From Nitrospirota bacterium (GTDB lineage: Bacteria > Nitrospirota > Nitrospiria > Nitrospirales > Nitrospiraceae): a stretch of DNA of 64,000 nt. How positions within the stretch are numbered: the first letter of the stretch is position 1; each line of letters opens with the position of its first letter. Location: NCBI GenBank assembly GCA_963701855.1, contig CAVPBK010000009.1:128001-192000 (forward strand), read 5' to 3'. Under the pieces are notes generated by a model. That model was given only the letters and a program-made list of their open reading frames with translations, had not been told where the DNA came from and did not search any database. A program made the translations under genes and the position numbers. Of the stretch, positions 39,775 through 48,995 are shown in pieces.

Positions 39775-40237
39775 GCTAGGCTTACCCAAATGCTTCTTCT
39801 TTAGTAGAGCTTACAGCGCACGGAGCACACCACTGGCCGCGCATATCTCTAATCAGAAAATTCAAATCATCTGCCATGTCATTGCTTAGGAAACTTAATC
39901 CTGTTTGCCACCTATGACAATACGTCTATTCGGCTCTACATTATGCAAACATGATCGCATTGATAGAATTTATATCTTCCATAAATGCTGACAGCGTATA
40001 TCCTACGTATATTCACCCTCTGTTGCACTCGCGCAGAAACGACAGAGCATCCCACAGCCTGTATTGATCATTTAATTCATTGGGTCTGTCTGGTTTTGGT
40101 TGAACGAAACTCATCAGATAGACCAGACGAACCAGACAGACGATTCCAGCGCGAGTTAAGGTTCCGAGACATTCTACCGACAAGGGCTTGTACTGACTTA
40201 TGGTGAACACTAATCAGCATTGAGGACCGCCAGAAGC

Positions 40238-41107
40238 ATGGACGCAGCAATAGGCGAATCTCGCAACGTGGGAATGCCGGAGCAAGTCGAGCAGGCCTTA
40301 ATCGAACGGATCGACAAGGATCGGATCGACCTCCCCGTGCTGCCACAAGTTGCTGGCCGGGTCATGGCTCTGGCGGGTGATCCATCGGCAGATGCGGCGC
40401 GTCTGTCCGCCCTCATTCACCAGGACCAGGCATTGGCAGCACATGTTCTGAGAGTAGCTAACTCGCCCGCCTATATGCCTCGGACTCCGATTGCCTCGCT
40501 CCAACATGCCGTCGCCATGCTTGGTGTGAATCAGCTGTCTGAAATCGCTGTCACAATTTCTCTGAAGAGTGGGGCCGTCAAGATTCCAGGACATGAAGCG
40601 GACATACGGCAGCTCTGGAGGCACGCGCTCGCCAGCGGGGCCTACGCAAAAGAGATCGCGCGCATGCGCCGGTTCAATGTGGAAAACGCTTACCTGTGCG
40701 GGCTTCTGCATGCGGTTGGGAAACCGGTCGTGCTTAAGGCCGTCATGACCATTGCCGCAGACATGCATATCTCCCTCGATCCCGGCGCCATAACCTCCTT
40801 CCTCGACAGCTATCATGCCCGCGTGGGCATCCAGATCGCCAGTGAATGGACCTTGCCCTCACAGGTGGCTGAGGTCATCGCCTATTACTGGGTCTACGAG
40901 CAAGCGCCCTCGCATAAACAGGAGGCGATGATGACCTGCCTGGCAGACCGGTTGGCGACCCATCTACTCGTTGCCGATTCCTTCGATGACAATACGCTTC
41001 GCGACCATAGTGTCTTTGCCGATCTCAATCTCTACCCCAACGATATTGATGCATTGCTCGGTCTCAAAGAGAAAATACTCAATCTCGTGGATACGATGGC
41101 ACAATGA
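40238..41107 (+). CDS. HDOD domain protein
   Basis: Motifs LPVLPQVA.RV, DQALAA.VLRVANSPAY, AV.MLG, WRHA and AYLCGLLH.VG. Confidence 0.93.
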   Translation: MDAAIGESRNVGMPEQVEQALIERIDKDRIDLPVLPQVAGRVMALAGDPSADAARLSALIHQDQALAAHVLRVANSPAYMPRTPIASLQHAVAMLGVNQLSEIAVTISLKSGAVKIPGHEADIRQLWRHALASGAYAKEIARMRRFNVENAYLCGLLHAVGKPVVLKAVMTIAADMHISLDPGAITSFLDSYHARVGIQIASEWTLPSQVAEVIAYYWVYEQAPSHKQEAMMTCLADRLATHLLVADSFDDNTLRDHSVFADLNLYPNDIDALLGLKEKILNLVDTMAQ

Positions 41108-42519
41108 ATACAGTACTTCACTATGACATTGTGGTAATCGGGAGCGGTCCAGCCGGCCAAAAGGCTGCCATCCAAGGCGCCAAAGCAGGTAAACACGTGG
41201 CAATGATCGAACGCGAGCCGGGCGTCGGCGGTGGTTGCGTGTACCGTGGAACGATTCCAAGTAAAACGCTTCGCGAGAGTGCGCTGCAGGCGGATCGAAT
41301 GAAACGGTCTGCAACGATGCTGGACATGCCACTCTCATCGAACATCATGGTCTCCACGCTAATGCGCCGCTTGGACAAAGTCGTCACGTCGCATGGCGAA
41401 TATATGATGAACCAGCTGACGCGCAATGGAGTCACATTGTTCCACGGCCGAGCCAAATTTCTCTCCGACAGCCTGATTGAAATGTTGACGGTAGACGGAA
41501 TAAAACAAACGCTCACCGCCGATACGATCGTCATCGCGACAGGATCCCGGCCTCGTGCGCCGGCCGAAATACCAATCGACCATGAACACATTCTCGACAG
41601 TGATTCGATTCTCTCGATGATCTACTTACCACGCTCTCTTACCGTGCTGGGTGGCGGTATCATTGCATTGGAATATGCGTCAATCTTTTCCGCGCTTGGC
41701 GCACAAGTCACCATCATCGATCGGGCTGATCGTCCCCTTCAGTTTTTTGATGCGGAACTCGTTCGCACGTTTGTGCAAAGCTTTGAGCAAGAAGGCGGTC
41801 GCTATTGGGGAGGGCAGACGATCAGCGACGTCCGGTGGGATGGGATCTCTCAGGTGGTGACGACGCTCCAGGACGGGCAGGTGTTCACGAGCGATAAAAT
41901 GCTCGTGGCTATAGGACGACAAGCAAATATCGAGGAACTCAATCTCAGCGCCACCGGCTTGACCGTCACAGGAAAGGGAACGCTGGCCGTCAACGAACAT
42001 TGCCAGACGGCTATTCCCCACATTTATGGCGTCGGCGATCTCATCGGCCCCCCTGGGCTGGCCTCTGCTGCCATGGAACAAGGCCGGCGTGCCGTGTGCC
42101 ATGCCCTGGGTCTCCCGGAGGGACATTCAGCCACTATGATTCCGGTCGGGATATACACAATCCCCGAGATGGCCAGTATCGGAATTGACGAAGCGGCGGC
42201 TCGTAAACGCTATCGAGGAGTCATAGTCGGCCGAGCACGATTTAACGAAATCGCCCGGGGCCAGATCTCAGACATTCACAACGGCTTGCTGAAGATGGTG
42301 GCTGATCCAACAGGCGAATACCTCCTTGGCGTCCAGATTGTCGGAGAAGGCGCGACGGAACTAATTCATCTCGGTCAAATGGCACTACAGCATGCGGCCA
42401 CGGTCGACTCATTTGTTGAGAATATCTTCAACTTCCCTACCCTGGCTGAATCCTATCGCGTCGCAGCGCTCGACATCGTGGGGCAACGTCAAAAACGCCT
42501 GGCCTCGGAAGCCGCCTGA
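41104..42519 (+). CDS. sthA: Soluble pyridine nucleotide transhydrogenase
   Basis: Motifs IGSGPAGQKAAI, GGGCV..GTIPSKTLRE, GIYTIPE and FNFPTLAESYRVAA. Confidence 0.93.
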   Translation: MNTVLHYDIVVIGSGPAGQKAAIQGAKAGKHVAMIEREPGVGGGCVYRGTIPSKTLRESALQADRMKRSATMLDMPLSSNIMVSTLMRRLDKVVTSHGEYMMNQLTRNGVTLFHGRAKFLSDSLIEMLTVDGIKQTLTADTIVIATGSRPRAPAEIPIDHEHILDSDSILSMIYLPRSLTVLGGGIIALEYASIFSALGAQVTIIDRADRPLQFFDAELVRTFVQSFEQEGGRYWGGQTISDVRWDGISQVVTTLQDGQVFTSDKMLVAIGRQANIEELNLSATGLTVTGKGTLAVNEHCQTAIPHIYGVGDLIGPPGLASAAMEQGRRAVCHALGLPEGHSATMIPVGIYTIPEMASIGIDEAAARKRYRGVIVGRARFNEIARGQISDIHNGLLKMVADPTGEYLLGVQIVGEGATELIHLGQMALQHAATVDSFVENIFNFPTLAESYRVAALDIVGQRQKRLASEAA

Positions 42520-42578
42520 AACACGCGAAACAGCGGGAGATCGGAAGGCTGAAGTGTTCGGACTTCAAGCCCAGACCT

Positions 42579-43160
42579 TCAACCTTCGTGCCCTGCCAAC
42601 AATCCAACGGCAAAAAAGCGCGCGTCGATCACCTTGAGAATACGTTGCCGCAGTTCATCCCGAAAAGGCGCGAGACTCTCATCATGAAGATAGCGATCGA
42701 CCGTTCGAGGCAGCCGCCGTCTCCAAGCCTGGGCAGCCTGTCGCGCACCATGAGCGACAGGCCCTCCTTGAGCGAGGATGGCAAAGACTTCATGCTCAAA
42801 AAAACCCACATGCACTTCTTCATCTTCCAAAATCGAGATCAAATCTGGCCGCAAGAAGACCAACAGCCTCGCGAACTCTAACCCCAACGCTTCATACCCA
42901 TAGAGATGCACCACGAGAATCCTCCATTGACTAGGCATACGAGGAAGCGCCGTCTTGCCGTACGAACTTACTCCTAACAGCAGCTCAAACTGCTTGAGAT
43001 GCTGCGCCTCTTCTTCCTCATGGCGGCGCAAGAACAGCAAGACAGCGGGCGGAACGTCCTGCACTTGCGCAGAGCGTACCGCCCACAAGGCCATAGCCTC
43101 TGCCTTGAGGAATTGTTCCAGGATCGCCCGTTCACAGGAAGAAGGAAGCGGATGAGTCAT
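42579..43160 (-). CDS. Ferritin-like di-iron carboxylate protein
   Basis: Ligand pattern E...EEAQH...YE...DEEVH. Confidence 0.75.
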   Translation of the reverse strand: MTHPLPSSCERAILEQFLKAEAMALWAVRSAQVQDVPPAVLLFLRRHEEEEAQHLKQFELLLGVSSYGKTALPRMPSQWRILVVHLYGYEALGLEFARLLVFLRPDLISILEDEEVHVGFFEHEVFAILAQGGPVAHGARQAAQAWRRRLPRTVDRYLHDESLAPFRDELRQRILKVIDARFFAVGLLAGHEG

Positions 43161-43209
43161 GCGCCGAGTCTACCGGAACGATGGAACAGAGCCAACATGT
43201 AACTAGCAG

Positions 43210-44423
43210 TGACCGGCCCCCCTTAACCGGATCCGGCCCGTATGTTAGGGTCGGGCCGAAAGGAGGACCGTATGCCCCACAACCGTCACACCGTCGAGCA
43301 GATCATTACCAAGCTGCGTGAAGCCGAAGTGGCCCTAAGCAAAGGGCAGCCCTCGCACAGGCCTGCCGCACCCTGGGAATGACAGAACAGACCTACTATC
43401 GCTGGCGGAATGCCTACGGCGGACTCAAGATCGATCAAGCCAAGCGATTCAAAGAGCTGGAACGTGAGAACACGCGACTGAAACGCGCGGTCGCCGACCT
43501 CACCCTGGATAAGTTGATCTTGAAGGAAGCTGCCGAGGGAAACTTCTAAGCCCAGCGCGCCGCCGACAGACTGTGACGCACTGCTGCGACACGCTGGGCA
43601 TCCCGGAACGCCGGGCCTGTCGGGTGCTGGGATAACCGCGCTCGACGCAACGGTATCAGCCCGATCCTCCGGACGATGAGGTCTCGCTGACGACGGCGAT
43701 CATCCAGCTGGCGAGCCAATATGGGCGCTATGGGTATCGGCGGATCACCGCCTTGCTGCACCACGACGGTTGGCGCGTGAATCATAAACGCGTGGAGCGG
43801 ATCTGGCGACGGGAAGGACTCAAAGCGTCGCAGCGCCAACCGCCACGTCGGCGTCTCTGGTTGACCGATGGGTCCTGTATCCGGCTCCGCCTACAGCAGC
43901 CCAATCATGTCTGGGCCTACGACTTCGTGGCGCTACGGACGGAGGACGGCCGTCCGGTCACGCTGCTCACGATTGTGGATGAATACACGCGCAAGTGTCT
44001 GGCCATTGAGGTGGCCCGATGGCTACGCTCGGATGATGTCCTCTTCTGCTTGGCGGAGTTGTTTGTGCATCGCGGGGTGCCCACACATATTCGCAGCGAC
44101 AATGGCCCCGAAGTCGCAGCGAACGCCGTGCGACAGTGGCTCCAGCGCGTGGGGGTCCAACCGTTGTTCATTGAGCCCGGCAGCCCGTGGGAGAATGGCT
44201 ACGTCGAGAGTTTTAATGGAAAGCTACGCGATGACCTGTTGAATCGGGAACTGTTTGCTACACTATGGGAGGTGCAAGTGCTCGTGGAACGTTGGCGACG
44301 ACACTACAACCAGATTCGTCCCCATCGGGCCCTGGGGTTGCGGCCACCCGCTCCTGAAACGATTGCGCCCCAGCACTGTGCGTAAGTGCTATTCGACCTG
44401 GTACAACCACGGGGGGCCGGTCA
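43210..44423 (+). mobile_element. IS3-family element (IS407-like), inactivated
   Basis: Inverted repeats TGACCGGCCCCCC / GGGGGGCCGGTCA. orfA from 43272 is frameshifted near 43350. A G-GGA-AAC shift motif lies near 43537. orfB (W.YDF, DNG.E, NG..ESFNG) has an in-frame TAA near 43633. Confidence 0.93.
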
Positions 44424-44625
44424 CCGCTCCAAGGCGGTCAGTCCATTGTGTGCGTGCGCGAATCCCGCGAGTGTTTGGCAGGCGCAAGTGAAGTTATGGA
44501 CTTCATCTCGTATGGGGGCTGGTTCCATGGGTGCATGCTCTCACACGCTCGATGCGCGCGGGACTAGGAAAGTCCCCAGCTAAAGGCGTGGCTCTATGGA
44601 ATTTCGCTGGGAGCGGGTCAATCAA

Positions 44626-44835
44626 TCAGATGGGGCTGGAGAGGGCTGCGGCCTTATAGGTTCGAACAATTGCCTTCCCACATTCGCGGCAGCGATACGT
44701 GCTCGTCACATAACCATCCTTGCTGAGTACTACAAGGGATGCGACTTGGCTGAGGTGTTCACAGTGTAGGGACGAATCGCCTCGCCGTTCCCACCTCGCT
44801 TGTAAGGCCGTAGCGTAAACCAGTAGCTTGATCAT
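44626..44835 (-). CDS. Small hypothetical protein with possible Zn-ribbon (CxH...CxxC)
   Basis: 69-aa ORF containing HCEH and YRCRECG. Confidence 0.45.
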   Translation of the reverse strand: MIKLLVYATALQARWERRGDSSLHCEHLSQVASLVVLSKDGYVTSTYRCRECGKAIVRTYKAAALSSPI

Positions 44836-45252
44836 AGGACTCAGAATTCAATAATTATGTATACCTTATCATTATGAAGCACGCTGGGGAACTGGCGAGA
44901 TAGCCAGCTCGGAAATACGTAAGATTTGTGAGGGTCAGACCGACAAAAGGCCAAGTCCGAGCGTAGGGTAGAAAGGATGAGCGATGACGATAGCCATGAA
45001 AGATGTGACAACCGTCTTATTCGCCTTGCACCTGGAGTACGCGCAAGGCATAACGCTCGATCTTGACGGGACTTGCAGCCATGCGCTCGGGGACGCCGTC
45101 CTACCGCTCTCACTACCAGAGCCCGACGATCCCCCACTCACGGTGAACTGGCAGGCGCTCGTGAAGATGAATGAGGCCTTAGCATAATTGGCCAATCAGA
45201 CGTCAGGCCCTCGACCGACCCCAGATGATGCCCCAAGTGTGTTGATGTGGCA

Positions 45253-45303
45253 CTAGGCAGAGATGGGAAGCAGGCACAGCGCGAGCAGGATGAGGAGTGT
45301 CAT
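45253..45303 (-). CDS. 16-aa hydrophobic peptide MTLLILLALCLLPISA (or a truncated signal peptide)
   Basis: Strong RBS AAGGAGGT 5 nt before the ATG, and an extended -10 TGCTATACT about 35 bp upstream. Confidence 0.4.
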   Translation of the reverse strand: MTLLILLALCLLPISA

Positions 45304-45488
45304 GACACACCTCCTTGGTGGGCGGAACTGCCGAGGCAGTATAGCAGAGGAGAAAAATGGAAGCGACGTATGCGGTGTAGCACAGAGTGATGTGACTACA
45401 AAGTTGCCGATCCCTCTGCAACAAACAAAGTCGTATGCCCAAGGAATTCACCATTTGCATAGATGCGGCACTCAATCTCAGACAGGTC

Positions 45489-45842
45489 TCACTTTGGAGA
45501 ATCGATGCGCAGGCCTCCTGGAGTCGGCGGTGGCGGAGGAGATCCGACTGGTCTGAAAACCACGACGCCGCTCGGGGTCGACTCACGATTAGCCGAATCA
45601 TAGGCGGTCACGAAGTAGTACTGGATCTCTGCCGGAGTGCCGATATCCATACTCGTCTCGTTTTTTCCCACTGTAGCGAGAAGAGCCGCCCCAGCTTTTG
45701 GCGTGCAGGGTAGCCCACTGCAGTGATAGACGCGATATCCCGCCAGATCCGGTTCACTGTTGGCCTGCCACGTCAACGTGGCGCCCCACGCAGTATTCGA
45801 CCACAATATAAGAACTCCCGTGATGGCTCTTACCCAGTTCAT
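45489..45842 (-). CDS. Secreted single fibronectin type III domain protein
   Basis: Signal peptide, then TLTWQAN.EPDLAGYRVY and YYFVTAYD...ES.PS. Confidence 0.85.
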   Translation of the reverse strand: MNWVRAITGVLILWSNTAWGATLTWQANSEPDLAGYRVYHCSGLPCTPKAGAALLATVGKNETSMDIGTPAEIQYYFVTAYDSANRESTPSGVVVFRPVGSPPPPPTPGGLRIDSPK

Positions 45843-45873
45843 ACGGATACTTCTATATATCTCCCAGCCCTCA

Positions 45874-46065
45874 TTACTTTCCCTTCGGCAGGAGGCCCTT
45901 CTTTTCGAGTTCTACGAGGTAGCTTCGTGACAGGTCGATGAGCAACTGCTTGACCGGCTTATGCTCCACTGCTGCCGCGATTTTCATTTTGTGCATCAAG
46001 TCGCACGGGATGTCGCAGAAGACCCATGAACCCGCCTTCTCCTCCTGAGGTTTACTCTTTGACAT
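45874..46065 (-). CDS. Small ribbon-helix-helix-like DNA-binding protein (63 aa)
   Basis: WVFCDIPCDLMHKMKIAAAVEHKPVKQLLIDL fits a strand-helix-helix pattern. Confidence 0.6.
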   Translation of the reverse strand: MSKSKPQEEKAGSWVFCDIPCDLMHKMKIAAAVEHKPVKQLLIDLSRSYLVELEKKGLLPKGK

Positions 46066-46134
46066 GGGCGGACCGTAGCATGAACCGTTAACACAGGTAA
46101 ATGAAGGTTTACATGCTATGCGTCTATTACTAGC

Positions 46135-46299
46135 ATGCAGTTGTCGAAAGGAAGCCCCGTGCAGATGGTGAGAATAATGATCCAGGTACCCGTGACAGTG
46201 AAGTACAAGCTCGACGCCGAACGCAAGCGCGGCACGAGCGCAGCGGGGTTGATTCGGCATTTGCTGGAGCAGCATTCCAAGGCTAAGCGAGCGGCCTAA
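46135..46299 (+). CDS. Small ribbon-helix-helix (CopG-like) protein (54 aa), absent from the ORF track
   Basis: MQLSKGSPVQMVRIMIQVPVTVKYKLDAERKRGTSAAGLIRHLLEQHSKAKRAA: an alternating beta strand, a helix, then G-x-S...LIR. Confidence 0.65.
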   Translation: MQLSKGSPVQMVRIMIQVPVTVKYKLDAERKRGTSAAGLIRHLLEQHSKAKRAA

Positions 46300-46814
46300 C
46301 CTCGCCGTCGAAAGAAGGTCCATGCCCCTGAACCTCCCCTGCTGGCCAGTCGGTTCAGCAGGCGGTGACGCAGAACCCGTAGCTCGTGGCGTAGAGGAAA
46401 GGGGAAGGAGATTAGGGGATTTACAGGTGGCATCTGTGTAGGGGGGGCGATAGGATGAAGATGGCGCACAAGACAACCCGATGGAACCACGGCCTACGCC
46501 ACGTTGGCCACCTGGGACATGCTTCGCCTGGGAACTATTGCGGGTTGTCGCAAAGGCCCGATGCTCAACTGCACCGAGCCTTTGTTGTGTCTGGAACGCA
46601 GAACCCAGCGAATGCATGATTATCCGGCGTGAATGGACGAGCAGGGGACCACAAGCAAAACGCAATCTGATCGGCTATGCAGTCTAGTGCAGGAACCAGT
46701 CGTGCGGCCGGCGCTGACACAAGAACTTCAACTCACCGCGATAGGAGGAAAAAGACCATGGGAATGATCGACACACGGGAGGGCAATCATTGCGCACCGA
46801 CCGGCTGGTTAGGT

Positions 46815-47117
46815 CTAGGGGCGGAACAACACGAGAAAATTTTCCAATTCCGAGTGGGACGACGGGCCGTTCTGGAACCACAGGAGCCCGATAAACGCCA
46901 GGATGATTGGCACCAGTAAGATGAACGAGTCTCGCTTCGCGGGGGAGCGGGTGGATTTTTTCCGTGTTCCCATCAAGCGTTTCCAAGGCAACGGGGGCAG
47001 GGTTCCCTTTTCTAGGGCTTTCTTAACCGACGCAGCTTGGCGTGGCTCAGCGGCTTCTTTGAGAATGTCCGCAACGATCTGTGCGTCATCTGAGTGCTTG
47101 CGTGGGTGTCTAGGCAT
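46815..47117 (-). CDS. Hypothetical protein with a C-terminal transmembrane helix
   Basis: 100-aa ORF with a basic N-terminus and FILLVPIILAFIGLLWF. Confidence 0.5.
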   Translation of the reverse strand: MPRHPRKHSDDAQIVADILKEAAEPRQAASVKKALEKGTLPPLPWKRLMGTRKKSTRSPAKRDSFILLVPIILAFIGLLWFQNGPSSHSELENFLVLFRP

Positions 47118-47205
47118 GTCTTCCCAACTACTCTAGCGAGAAGGCTGGCAACGGTCTGGTCAGAATTGCTCAGATGGCTGGAATTGATTATGCAGAAGTT
47201 GCGGA

Positions 47206-47322
47206 TTAGCCGAAGAACCACAGAAGAATCATGGCACACGTCGCGGCGATCGGCGCCACTAAGGCGAGCGCGTCTCGTTTTAATGTATCGCTGTATTCTT
47301 GACGACGTTGCCAGGGTTTCAT
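47206..47322 (-). CDS. 38-aa membrane peptide, absent from the ORF track
   Basis: MKPWQRRQEYSDTLKRDALALVAPIAATCAMILLWFFG, preceded by a GAGGTG RBS. Confidence 0.55.
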   Translation of the reverse strand: MKPWQRRQEYSDTLKRDALALVAPIAATCAMILLWFFG

Positions 47323-47544
47323 GATGGGCACCTCGATTAGAGGTAAATCAACTCATGAGTCCGACACCAGGGCCACGGTTGGTCACGGTCCTGGTGTCGG
47401 GCGCGGATGGAGAGTCCGCGCAGAGGAAGACTCTCAGAGGATGCGCCAGCCCAGCCCTCTCGCGCTGTTCTCTTTTATACACTTCCCAAACTGTTCCCGG
47501 CGCTGACGCAGGAGCTCACCGCCATCCAATAGAGGAGGAGTGAA

Positions 47545-48000
47545 ATGACTATTCGCGTTTTTAACGAAGGATGGCGACATCAGTATGAACGCATGAAACG
47601 CTCTCGCGATCGGTTTAACGCTCCACATCAGATCGCCGATGAGTATGACGACGACTTCTATCATGCGATTCAAGACACCTGGCATCTCAAAGACTGGATC
47701 GCTAATGATGCCGCCCTCGGTCTGCTTGGTCCCAGGATTGTTCAAGAGGCGGCGACAATCCCATTGCTTGATATTATTGCCGATCTCGCGAACTGCACGA
47801 AGCACCTCGTGCTCACAAAGACGATTCGCACAGGTGCAGAGCTGAAGAGCATGAGTTCGATGGTCAGCTTGCATGATGGGGCCATGGACAGAACAATCAC
47901 GATAGGCCTGGAGGATGGGTCCGAATATATTGGTGTGGTGCTGCTCGACGATGCCCACGATGCCTGGGAGAACCTATTAACCGGGCACGGCCTGCTATGA
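47545..48000 (+). CDS. Hypothetical protein (WHLKDW ... ANxxKH motifs)
   Basis: 151-aa ORF with a strong RBS GAGGAGG. No certain family assignment. Confidence 0.75.
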   Translation: MTIRVFNEGWRHQYERMKRSRDRFNAPHQIADEYDDDFYHAIQDTWHLKDWIANDAALGLLGPRIVQEAATIPLLDIIADLANCTKHLVLTKTIRTGAELKSMSSMVSLHDGAMDRTITIGLEDGSEYIGVVLLDDAHDAWENLLTGHGLL

Positions 48001-48195
48001 ACTCTACGGCGAGCGGTGTTCACGATGAAAGGGAGGGCTGACCGATGGGTATGATCTACAGGCGAGGCGAGGTGTTTTGGATCAAATACTATAGTGGCGG
48101 GCGGCCGATTCGGGAAAGTGCCAGGACAACTATTCAGGATGCGGCCCGCAAGATGGCTGACGGGCACATTTCCTGGCACAGTCCCCACTCCCCGC

Positions 48196-48224
48196 TTGAC
48201 TCTGCCGTCGTAAGTCGTTAATTT
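48196..48224 (+). promoter_or_regulatory. Sigma70 promoter of the tRNA
   Basis: TTGACT-N17-TAATTT followed by a GC-rich discriminator, just before the tRNA. Confidence 0.65.
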
Positions 48225-48233
48225 TGCGGCCCT

Positions 48234-48309
48234 GGCGGTGTAGCTCAGTTGGTAGAGCAGCGGACTCATAAGCCGCGGGTCCCCCGTTCAATCCGGGGCA
48301 CCGCCACCA
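48234..48309 (+). tRNA. tRNA with CAT anticodon, probably elongator tRNA-Met (Ile2 not excluded)
   Basis: GGCGGTG/CACCGCC acceptor stem, TAGCTCAGTTGGTAGAGC D-arm, CTCATAA loop, GTTCAATC T-loop and an encoded CCA. Length 76 nt. Confidence 0.95.
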
Positions 48310-48405
48310 ATAATTCCCGTAGCTTATCACTCGGCTGCTCATCACTGATTTCCGCCGGTCACGGTTCCGGTCACGGTTGGAACTGAAATGAGACTTGATT
48401 GACCC

Positions 48406-48995
48406 TTAACGGGTTCCTCCTCCCCTACTGGCTCTCCTGGCTCTGAGTACTCTGCTATGGGTTCTTTTCTCCCAGACTGCTGCTCTACCACCTTCCCGAA
48501 CGCTGCCACCATACATATCAACCTCATTCTGTAAATACGAGGGGTTCAGGTGAGCGTATCGCCTCACAAGGATCGTCCCGCTATGGCGCAAGAGCGTGGC
48601 AATTGTCCCTTCGGTCGATCCTGACATGGCTAACCGACTCGCGAAGGTATGCCGCAAGCTGTGCCAGGATACGCCCTCTAGCCCAATGGCCTTCACCGTG
48701 GGGAGATACACGCGCCGGTAGAAGTTGCGCGGGTCTGCATGGATACCAGGGTTTTCGCTTGGAAACACCTAAACCGACTTGTTACCAGGGATAAAGCCCT
48801 GGATGAGTTTCTTTGCTTCTTCATTCAACCGGACATACTGCACGCCTCCCGCCTTCGTGTTTGGAAGGGTCAAGACGCCGCGCTCCAGGTCCACGTGTTC
48901 CCATCGCAAGCTGAACCGCTCCATCTGCCGCATACCGGTAAGGATCGCCAACCGAACCCAGCCCGCATTGCGCTCCTCCTGGCATTCCTTCTACC
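48406..48995 (-). pseudogene. Tyrosine recombinase/integrase, N-terminally truncated with an internal stop
   Basis: Motifs TGMR..E..LRW..VDL, TKAG, HSLRHTFASRL, LL.H and RYAHL. In-frame TAG at 48769-48771. Points toward the tRNA 3' end. Confidence 0.88.

Noticed and set aside
45874..46665. 263-aa ORF as given in the track
   Set aside because: Only the last 63 codons look protein-like. The upstream part overlaps the divergent RHH-like gene and the control region.
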